DNA from: an uncultured Verrucomicrobiae bacterium
GTDB taxonomy: Bacteria; Verrucomicrobiota; Verrucomicrobiia; Chthoniobacterales; Terrimicrobiaceae
Length of the DNA: 64,000 nucleotides
Assembly: GCA_963706955.1 (NCBI GenBank)
Contig: CAVPOC010000003.1
Location: forward strand, 672,001 to 736,000
Direction: 5' to 3'
Positions 20,582-29,400 of the stretch are shown here, piece after piece (position 1 is the stretch's first letter; each line of letters opens with the position of its first letter). A program made the translations under genes and the position numbers. The notes beneath the pieces were generated by a model. It was not told the origin of the DNA. It made no database searches and saw nothing but the letters and a program-made list of their open reading frames with translations.

Positions 20582-21418
20582 TTGCCCAGGGTCGTTATCG
20601 TCGGCTGCGGCTTCCTCGGTGAAGCCGCAGCCACTTTGTTTTCTAAAGGCGGGTGGGAGGTGCTCGGGATTTGTGCCCGTCCCCACTCACTTCGAGCTCT
20701 CTCTGCAAAGCCATTCGAGGTCCGCGCGATAGACATTGCCGGACCTTTCATCATTGAGCCTGCTTGGCGCCATGTTGATGCACTGGTGCATTGTGCCGGA
20801 CCGGACGAAGCGACAGCCGAGGCGTACCGACGGGTCTATGTCGAAGGCCTCAGGAATGCATTCACAGCCTTCGCGCCACGGCAAGTGCTCTTTACCGGCA
20901 GCACATCCGTTTATGCACAAATCGATGGCTCATGGGTTGATGAAACCAGTGAAACGCGGCCAAATCGAGAAACTGGCCGCATTTTGTTGGAGGCTGAAGC
21001 AATTGCGCTGAATGCGGGAGGATTGGTCGCGCGATTATCAGGTCTTTACGGGCCCGGTCGTTCTGTCCTCATGCGCAAGTTTCTTGCCGGCGAGGCGGTC
21101 CTAGAAGGAGATGGCATGCGCTGGATCAATCAGATTCACCGCGACGATGCCGCCCGGGCGGTCGTCCAGCTTGTCCAACATGGTGCGACACCAGGGATCT
21201 ACAATGTGACCGACAGCACCCCGGCTACTCACCTACAGGTGTATTCGTGGCTGGCCGATCATTTTCATCGGCCGCTCCCATCTTACGGACCTGCCGACCT
21301 GCAGCGAAAGCGTGGCTGGACAAACAAACGTGTGAGCAATGAAAGGCTGCGCAAAACAGACTGGCAGCCGGAATTTCCGGCATACCGTGACGCCATCGCA
21401 ACTCTCCTTGAAAAATAG
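20582..21418 (+). CDS. NAD-dependent epimerase/dehydratase (atypical SDR, YeeZ-like)
   Basis: GCGFLG Rossmann motif, STSVY, RLSGLYGPGR, NQIHRDDAA, NKRVSN. Confidence 0.85.
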   Translation: MPRVVIVGCGFLGEAAATLFSKGGWEVLGICARPHSLRALSAKPFEVRAIDIAGPFIIEPAWRHVDALVHCAGPDEATAEAYRRVYVEGLRNAFTAFAPRQVLFTGSTSVYAQIDGSWVDETSETRPNRETGRILLEAEAIALNAGGLVARLSGLYGPGRSVLMRKFLAGEAVLEGDGMRWINQIHRDDAARAVVQLVQHGATPGIYNVTDSTPATHLQVYSWLADHFHRPLPSYGPADLQRKRGWTNKRVSNERLRKTDWQPEFPAYRDAIATLLEK

Positions 21419-21902
21419 AGATCTTCCTTCGACGTATCGCCACAGCGTCCTTGTTTCCCAAGATGCCATCGACGCGAATGGCCATGCCAATAACGTCGAG
21501 TATCTGCGCTGGATGCAAGAGGCCGCCGTCGCCCACGCCGATGCCACCGGTTGTACGGATGTTACCAGGAAGGTCGGCGCATCGTGGGTGGTCCGAAGTC
21601 ATCATATTGAGTATCTGCAGCCGGCACTTGCGGGTGATCGCCTCGTGGTTTGCACCTGGGTTTCCAATCTTCGCAAGGTGAGTTCTCTGCGGAAATACCT
21701 CCTTCTGCGCGAGACCGATCACGCTGTGATCGCTCGCGGTGAAACCAAGTGGGTATTCGTAGAGAGCCAGTCGGGACGACCGCTGGCCATTCCAAAACAA
21801 GTTTTCTCGCTCTTTGAGGTGGTGCCGCCAAGCCTCGAACCTCACGATGGAACTGCGCTTGAGGACTCCGCTATCATCATGAAGCCACCGCTTTGGTGCT
21901 AA
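21408..21902 (+). CDS. Acyl-CoA thioesterase (4HBT hotdog family)
   Basis: IDANGHANNVEYLRWMQEAA; probable TTG start at 21408. Confidence 0.85.
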   Translation: MKNRDLPSTYRHSVLVSQDAIDANGHANNVEYLRWMQEAAVAHADATGCTDVTRKVGASWVVRSHHIEYLQPALAGDRLVVCTWVSNLRKVSSLRKYLLLRETDHAVIARGETKWVFVESQSGRPLAIPKQVFSLFEVVPPSLEPHDGTALEDSAIIMKPPLWC

Positions 21903-21957
21903 ACGGGTCGATGCAGACGCCGCGCAGGCTTGTTCTTGCATCGGTTGCAGGTCGGTC

Positions 21958-22020
21958 TTGTAGCGACGGTGTCCTCACCGTCGAGGGGCCCGGTCGGCGG
22001 CGGGGACGCCGCCGCTACAA
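21958..22020. repeat. GTAG-type REP doublet (REPIN-like)
   Basis: TTGTAG-CGACGGTG-TCCT-CACCGTCG...CGGCGGCG-GGGA-CGCCGCCG-CTACAA; two inverted hairpins between convergent genes. Confidence 0.8.
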
Positions 22021-22041
22021 CCGAGTGGCCGAGCTTCTCGT

Positions 22042-23490
22042 TTATTCCTTGATCGCTTTCAGGAGCGGCTGCAATTCGACCGTCGCAAAGCTCGTCGCTC
22101 GATCGCTCATCGCATAGGGGATCACCACCAGGTCGTTGTGGATTAGTCCTCCGCAAGAGTAGACGACATTCGGAACGTAGCCGGAGCTCTCATCCGCCGT
22201 GGGGACAAGCAGCGGCTCGCGCGTTTGGCCAATCACCTTTGAGGGGTCTTCGAGGTCGAGCAACACCGCGCCAATGCAATACTGGCGCATGGCCCCGACC
22301 CCATGAGTCAACACCAGCCAACCCTCCTCCGTCTCCATTGGCGAGCCGCAGTTGCCCACTTGCACGAGCTCCCAGTAGAATTTTGGCGCCTTCAGCAAGA
22401 TCGGGCTTTCCCAAAAGCGAATTTCCTTCGACTTCATCAGGAAAAGGTTTTCGCCATCAAGGCGCGAAAGCATGACATAGTTCCCGTCGATCTTCCGAGG
22501 GAAGAGCGCAAGGCCCTTGTTCCGAGCGCCGGTTCCCATAAGAGTTCTTATTTTTAAGACGGGACCTCCATCGTGCTCGGAAAGCTGCGGAAAGATGCGG
22601 AATCCATTGTAAGCCGTGTAGGTGGCATAATAGCGATCGGAATTATCATCATCGACAAATCGCACCATGCGGGCATCTTCGATCCCGCGCGACTCATTTT
22701 GCGACGTCGGGAAGATAACCGCCTCCGACCAGTTGCCATCCGCGGGAACCTCCAAATCATAGTTTCCGTGCGCGACGGCGAGAAGGTTTTCTTTGGTCTC
22801 CTCGTATTCGCTTGCACTTTCAAAACCACTCCGGGCCTGTTCGAGCGCCTGCGCCAATTCCTCGACGGTGAATCCGTCGCCGAGCCCGGAAAGAATTTTC
22901 GCGGCGGACTTACTGAGTGCCCCCGCGGCGATCAAGCTTTGGCGCCACACTTCGTGACGGCGTGGCTGAATCGTCATCTTCAAGGGACGTATAAAGGGGC
23001 TTCGCTCGTCCATGGAGATGTTGCAGTCTTTGTCGATCACCCCCCTGAGGAAAACGATGGATGAAACGTGCCCTTCCCCGGTAGCCCGAAGGCTCATGGC
23101 AAAGCGCGTGCTCCCTTCCGGCAGACCTTCCTGATTGCGTGCCGGAACCATGGAGGGATTGAAGAGGGCCGCTGCTTCCACAGAGTACTCCATGGTGAAG
23201 TAAGCGCCAATGAGCAGTTGGCGCGCCTCACTAACCGCGCTCGCTTCAGGCAAAAGGTTACGGACAGCCTGATAGTGTTCCAGAAAGATGGTCCGAATAT
23301 TCCGATGCTTCTTCCCGAAGTCCGCCTCTGTTCGCTCCAGCAGCTGGAGAGCTTCGGACTCGGGCAGCCCCATCACACGTTCGATGATGCATTTTGCGCG
23401 TGGATCACCCCCCACGCTAAAGAAACGGGCAATGGTGCGGCGCGGATCGGGCTCGATCCTCTGTGGCAGCCGCTTGACGGTGATGCTCAT
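22042..23490 (-). CDS. Glycoside hydrolase family 130 protein (mannoside phosphorylase/hydrolase-like)
   Basis: EYSVEAAALFNPS, SLRATGEGHVSSI, GIEDARMV, YYATYTAY, NKGLALFPRKI, VGNCGSP, GYVPNVVYSCG. Confidence 0.9.
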   Translation of the reverse strand: MSITVKRLPQRIEPDPRRTIARFFSVGGDPRAKCIIERVMGLPESEALQLLERTEADFGKKHRNIRTIFLEHYQAVRNLLPEASAVSEARQLLIGAYFTMEYSVEAAALFNPSMVPARNQEGLPEGSTRFAMSLRATGEGHVSSIVFLRGVIDKDCNISMDERSPFIRPLKMTIQPRRHEVWRQSLIAAGALSKSAAKILSGLGDGFTVEELAQALEQARSGFESASEYEETKENLLAVAHGNYDLEVPADGNWSEAVIFPTSQNESRGIEDARMVRFVDDDNSDRYYATYTAYNGFRIFPQLSEHDGGPVLKIRTLMGTGARNKGLALFPRKIDGNYVMLSRLDGENLFLMKSKEIRFWESPILLKAPKFYWELVQVGNCGSPMETEEGWLVLTHGVGAMRQYCIGAVLLDLEDPSKVIGQTREPLLVPTADESSGYVPNVVYSCGGLIHNDLVVIPYAMSDRATSFATVELQPLLKAIKE

Positions 23491-23814
23491 GCGTCCACGG
23501 GCGGCAATTTGCCAATCGACAAACGGCTCTGAAACGCCAGCTTGTCAAGCCGGTGCCTCTCGTCGTTCAGGCTGCTCCGGAGCCGCATCCCTCTACGGAA
23601 GAACTTCGAGTGCGCTGGATCTGTCCTGTTGTCCAGCGCGGCGCTGGCCCTCGACAATAGAGGCCTCAGGCATTTGGGAAGCATTCGCGGAGATGCCGGA
23701 TGCACGGCTGATCCTTTCAAAATCGAAGTCGCGTATATTGTCTCACCGCGGATAACGCAATGCGAGGATAAAACATCGCGTGGACGAGACGATTCACGAA
23801 TCCGAGGCGTTTCA

Positions 23815-24036
23815 CTAACGATTTAGCGTTCCATCATGAAAACGATGAATGACGCTGTGCGCGATATGCAGATCCAATCTCGGATCGTTGAGCCGCGGCG
23901 GCAAGAAGACGCGATAGAGTGGCTCCAAGGTGACGCGTTCCGCACCCTGATCGATAAGTTGCTCGCACAACTCACGCAGGAGCGCCTTCTGCTCGGGCGT
24001 GAGTGACGCACTCAGAAGAGCGGCCGGGTCTTTCAT
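23815..24036 (-). CDS. Small hypothetical protein
   Basis: 73-aa ATG-started ORF with protein-like composition filling an intergenic gap. Confidence 0.45.
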   Translation of the reverse strand: MKDPAALLSASLTPEQKALLRELCEQLIDQGAERVTLEPLYRVFLPPRLNDPRLDLHIAHSVIHRFHDGTLNR

Positions 24037-24204
24037 AAGTCACCATCTTGCAAGGCGTGGCGAACGCAACCGCAACCGGGAGATATTCTTGATCGCGCAG
24101 CCAAGATGACTTCGGCATAACTTACGGAGCTCGTCATTAGCTAAGTGCCTTCACAAAGGATTCCCATGCCGCGGTCGCCGCTCGGTTTTAGGAACACCGC
24201 CTTT

Positions 24205-26463
24205 CTACTCGACCACATAGTTGGCCACCGCGACCTGACCGCGCGCCTTCGCGGACACTGTCCAAGCGCCGCGCTCGAGGCGAATGATGGGCTGCTCGAT
24301 CTTCTCGCCATTAAGAAACCATTCGCATCCAGGCCAGGAGCTTTGCAGTGGCAGCATCTGCTGCGCCTTCGACATGGCGGGATTGTAGGAGAATGTCGCG
24401 CCGTCTTTGGGAAACAAAATCTTCAGCGTGTCCGGCTGAACGGCAGCCGCAAGCTTGCCCTGAAGTCCAGGCCACCCGGCATGATATTCTGGAGGCAAAC
24501 GCACGGCGCCATCCACATACCCTTCAGATCCCTGCAGCAGCGGTTCTGTCCCCGGCAAGAACCACTCACGAACTACCGGCTCGTTTGGACTTGGCAGTAG
24601 ACCAGTCTCCGCGCCGATCTCCCTAGCGCGCAGGGATGCACTTTCTTCGAGGTTCGGCCAGGGTCGATCTCCGGCAGCGTAAAGCGACATCATCATCGCT
24701 GCCCAAGCGGGCGCCGCGGAGCGAACGGCGAGAAGTTCAGGCATCGGGCGACCGTCCAGCGCGCCTGCCCAAACGGCCACGGTGTGATCCCGATTGAAGC
24801 CGACACACCAGCCATCACGGAACCCCGAGCTGGTCCCGGTCTTTACCGCCGTGCGCTTGGGCAGACTTAACGGGGATGAAGCCCCAAAACTCGCCGTCCG
24901 CGCGCGATTGTCAGAAAGGATGTCAGCGACAATCGCGCATGCCGCTGGGGAGGCCAGGCGACGGACCTCACGAAGACCCTTCGCAGTGAGGCTCGGCATC
25001 CAGAATTCTCCGCCGCGTGCTAAGGCGGCATAAGCGCCTGCGAGCTCCACAAGGCGCACAGGCGCGTTCCCAAGGATGAAGCCCGCGCCATAGGAGTCGA
25101 AGGATTCTGGGAAATGAAACCCCCAAGTTTTGAGATAACCGAAGGTTTCACGCGCCCCATTTCGACTTAACGCGACGACGGCGGGCACGTTGAGCGAGTT
25201 TCCCAACGCCTCACGCACGCGCACCTGGCCAAAGTAGCGTTTCGAGTAGTTTTGCGGATCGTAGTCGCGATAAACCTCAGTGATCGCGTCGGGAGTGTCG
25301 GGCAAAAGCGACGCCGCCGTCAGCTTGCGTTGGTCTATTAGGTCAAGATAGAGGAACGGCTTCAGTGTCGAGCCGCAGCTCCTAGGTTCTATCGCCGAAT
25401 TGATGAACGCGCGGCTAGCATCACCCGCGCAGGCAAGAGCGCGAATCGCCCCCGAGGAATTCTCAATCACCACGAGGGCGGCATCACTGACTCCCAGCGC
25501 TGCGGTGGCGGAAAGGTGTTCGCGCAAAATGCGTGCTGCGAGTCGCTGCAGGTCAAGGTCAAGGGAACTGACTATATTCCCGCGTCCACCGCATTCGTGT
25601 ATCTCCGAACGGACTTGTTGTCTGATCAAATCGACAAAGTGGGGTGCCTCATTCGGCGGATCGTCCTTGCTAACCCGCGGAGGATTACTCAATAGCAACT
25701 CGGCAGTTGCACCCACCGGCAACAAGCCTGACTTCGCAAGACGCCTGACATTCCGACGATAGCGCTCGAGCGCCGCATCGGGATTTTTCCAAGGGTTGAG
25801 GCGGGTAGGAGATTGCGGCAATCCTGCAAGGAAAATAGCTTCCGCAAGAGAGAGTTCGCGTGCCGGCTTGCCAAAATAAGCCCTTGCTGCGGCTGCCGGG
25901 CCGATGCGCTGATTACCGTAATCTAATCGGTTCAGATACGCCTCGAGAATCTTCGACTTCTCCCACTCCCTTTCCAGCCGCAGTGCAGCAGACGCTTCGC
26001 GAATTTTCGCTGAAAACGTTCTCGCCGGGTTTTTTGAGGACATCTTGATGAGCTGTTGGGTGATCGTGGAGGCGCCTGAAACGACACGTCCTCTTTGAAT
26101 ATTGCGGAGAAGCGCCCCGGCTGTCGCGGGAAGGTCAACGCCTGGATGGGTCCAGAACCGACCATCCTCGAGGCCGACGGTAGCGCGCGGAAGCCACTCT
26201 CCCATGTCCCGCAAGGGTTCGGGGTAGCTTTCGCGGGCGAAGGAAGTTGCGAGGACCGCGAGTGAGCGTCCGCGAAAATCCATGATCACTGGCGTGCCAG
26301 GCACAGGCTTGTCAAGCGCGTCAGGGAGAGGTGTGCGGCGGATGTAATAGCTGACGCCTGCACTGACGAGAGCGCCCGCCAGCAATATGGTGACGAGCAC
26401 CCGAGACGCCGTCGACAGCCGCCTCGAGGTGGAGGGCCAAGCTGGGGTTCGATCTCGGCTCAT
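24205..26463 (-). CDS. pbpC: Penicillin-binding protein 1C (transglycosylase-transpeptidase)
   Basis: EDGRFWTHPGVD, GASTITQQ; SxxK (STLK), SLN, KTG; ATG overlaps the A2M stop (ATGA). Confidence 0.9.
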   Translation of the reverse strand: MSRDRTPAWPSTSRRLSTASRVLVTILLAGALVSAGVSYYIRRTPLPDALDKPVPGTPVIMDFRGRSLAVLATSFARESYPEPLRDMGEWLPRATVGLEDGRFWTHPGVDLPATAGALLRNIQRGRVVSGASTITQQLIKMSSKNPARTFSAKIREASAALRLEREWEKSKILEAYLNRLDYGNQRIGPAAAARAYFGKPARELSLAEAIFLAGLPQSPTRLNPWKNPDAALERYRRNVRRLAKSGLLPVGATAELLLSNPPRVSKDDPPNEAPHFVDLIRQQVRSEIHECGGRGNIVSSLDLDLQRLAARILREHLSATAALGVSDAALVVIENSSGAIRALACAGDASRAFINSAIEPRSCGSTLKPFLYLDLIDQRKLTAASLLPDTPDAITEVYRDYDPQNYSKRYFGQVRVREALGNSLNVPAVVALSRNGARETFGYLKTWGFHFPESFDSYGAGFILGNAPVRLVELAGAYAALARGGEFWMPSLTAKGLREVRRLASPAACAIVADILSDNRARTASFGASSPLSLPKRTAVKTGTSSGFRDGWCVGFNRDHTVAVWAGALDGRPMPELLAVRSAAPAWAAMMMSLYAAGDRPWPNLEESASLRAREIGAETGLLPSPNEPVVREWFLPGTEPLLQGSEGYVDGAVRLPPEYHAGWPGLQGKLAAAVQPDTLKILFPKDGATFSYNPAMSKAQQMLPLQSSWPGCEWFLNGEKIEQPIIRLERGAWTVSAKARGQVAVANYVVE

Positions 26464-29400
26464 GGCGCAGCGACGTGGCATTCGCTCGAGGCCGACCGAC
26501 CAAAAAAGCGGCTATCGTACATGGGAGAAATCTGGGTGGCCGGCCAGACGAAAGCTCCGCCAGCGGTAGCCCGCGCGAGGACGCTATAGCTGCGTGTGCC
26601 AGCGGGAAGTTCGTCGAAATAGAGGTTCGTTTGCTGGTCACGCATCTCGCTGTGTGAGAGATCTGCGGTTTCACTCTCCGCTTGTGCCGGAAGACCATAA
26701 AATTTACCAAAGAGGTCCAGATTGGGATTCACCACCTCGAGACCGGCAGGGAGCGGATCTTCGATGACGACGTAGCTCTGTGGCTTTTCCGACGAGATTC
26801 GATAGGAAATAAGAATCTGATCGCCGAGCTGGTAGGGCGCTCGGTCGCTGCCGTCGCGCGAGGGGTTCGTCAGGTTCTTGGTGACTCGGTCGATGCTCAG
26901 CCCGCGCGCTACTGGCGCGACCTGTCTCCCCGGCGGACGGTATTCGGCTTTCAAAACGTAACTGCCGCCCGGCTGGAGACCCGTGACCGCGAAGTCCGCC
27001 AACCTGGCGAGATCTTGCTTGCTCCAGCTCCCAGCCGTTCTGTTTGCAGAAAATGTTTCGGGCGGTGGATCGATACCTGCAAGCTGCGCTAACGGAGTGG
27101 CCCTCATGATGGCGTTGAAGGTGACCAGAAGCCAAAGATTTTCCTGGGTCGAGAGACTGGCGGAGGATTCCGTCAGCTTGAAGAGGCGATCGCGGATCGC
27201 CTCGGCACTCTTCTCCGGCTCGACAAGAAGTCGCGCCCATCCGCAGAGTGCTTCGGTGCGCGTCGCGGAGGCAAACGTTTCCGGGTTGAAGCTAATGGTG
27301 GTGAAGTCGCTGGGAAGTTCGCTGATGAGCACCCGCTGCTTCTCCTGCTCGAGTCCGAGATGGTGCATGGCAATTGCCAGCATCGCCTTCCCTTCGCCAC
27401 TCAGTTTATCCCGCTGCAGGAAAAGCTCCGTCGCGGCGGAAGCGGCGATGGCCGAAGCCTCTTCCTCAGCATCTGACAGCGCAAATATGGCGAACGCCCT
27501 CAAGGTGGGCGAGAGCGCCATTTGGGCCGAGACCATTTTCTCCACTGCCCCGGCGAGCTCGCTAGAGAGCCGCTCAGGAACAGCGAAGCCCGCTTGCTCC
27601 GCTTGACGGACGCACCAGGCCGTCTGGATGGTGACAAAATCATTGGGCTCGGTGCCACCGGCCCAGTAGGGCAGGCGGCCGTCCGGGAGGAGAGCTGCCT
27701 CAAACTCGCGCAGCGTTTCGCCGATGACGTGTTCGTAGGAGGCTCGTCGCGCCTGCACTTCGGGAAGGTACTCCAGGAGCCCGCCGAGCGATGTATAAGC
27801 GAGCAGGCGAGAGGATTTTTGTTCGAGGCAGCCATGGGGGTATTCGAGCAGAAAAGGCAACCCGACCAGCTTGCTTAACCAGGGTGTGGTCGAGACCGCC
27901 AACTGGAAGGTGCCGCGTCCTTGGCGCCAGGCAGGGAGCATGACTTCGTGGGCAGACAAGTCGGATCCCGTGACCAAGCCGGAGACGGACTCCTTCTGGA
28001 GAATCGCCGGCTCCGCGACCGGAAGCGTGACTTCAACGGCATCCATCAGCTTCGCGGCAGACGTCGCTTCGAATTTCACATTCGCCCACCCGGTAGAACG
28101 TGCCCGCGCCTTAAAACGAACGATGGCTGGCGTGTCTCGCGCGGCGGATACTTCCTCCTGAGCGGTCCCCTCGAGCTCCAGATCACCTCCGACGGTGCAA
28201 CGCACCGTCAGTTGCTCAGAATCGGAAACCTTTTGGCGCGCTACCGCTCTGAGTTCGACCTGATCGCCTTCCCTTAGGAATCGTGGAAGTGCCGGCTCGA
28301 TCAGGAGCTTCTTGCTCACGGCGAAGGTCGCATCGCCCGCGCCGAATTGACTGTTCCTGGTTTGGCCGATCGCGACGACCCGAAAGCGTGTGAGATTATC
28401 CGGAGCTTCGCATTCAAATCTCGCTACTCCCTTCGCATTCGTCCGCACGCTGGGTCGCCAGAGGATGAGTGGCTTAAACTCCTTTCGCGTGAAGGCGACG
28501 TTGCCAAATTGCTCCGCGCCGGCGTCTCCGGCGACGAAGCCTTTCATGGTGAGCCAAGACGGGACGATCTTGTCCACATACGCCTTCAAAGCCGAATACG
28601 TCACGACCGCGAAGTGGCGCGCAGGGAAAAAGTCGGCCAGCATCCGCGGGAGATTCCAGCCGCCTAGAGTGAGGATTGAATCGTCCACTGCGTAGATCAG
28701 GAGGTCGGCGCCCGCCACCGGCCGGCCCGCCGCTTTGACCGTGACTTCGCCCAAAACTTTCTCGCGTGGTTCGTATTCCGGGCGGCTCGTCCGAATAGAG
28801 ACCTCGAGCGCGCGGTCGGGCGCCTGCACTGCCAATTGGTCATAGCCATACATCTCGCCGGCGAGTTGGTCGGAACCACCGGGACGCAGCAAATAGACCG
28901 ACACGAAAACGTTGGGTTCATATTCGGGCCTGATCGGTATTTCAATTCGGCTCGTGTTTCCGTTAAGGGGAGCGGTGAAGGTATCGAGTAGCTTGTCTGT
29001 TTCCACGCTGACCCACGCGACACCTCCACTAGGAGCGAGCACATTCAACACTGCCTTTTCGCCCACCAGCCACGGCTTGGCGTTCTCCCGCGCCCCAGCC
29101 TTGACCGAAAACACGCTGGCGGAAGTATCGGATTGCACAGGCACTTCCGAGGCCTCGTCGCCGGCGAGATAAGCTTCCTCACTGACCGGAAATCCCGGAG
29201 CGCCAGGCAATGGCGAGATGAGCGCGACATATCGGCCCGGCATGCGTGGTGTAAATTCAAGCGAATCTTCCGTCACCTGCTGACGTTCCTCGACAAGTTC
29301 GTATTGGTCGAAGTTGCGATAGCGATAGACGTTTGGCGCCAGCCGCTCTTTGACCGACTTGGTCTGCACGTGAAAGAGTTGGACGTTCACTGCCTGCGGC

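Noticed and set aside
23487..23826. Short ORFs upstream of GH130 as a remnant glycosyltransferase
   Set aside because: No recognisable motifs in the listed ORFs; probably a promoter region.
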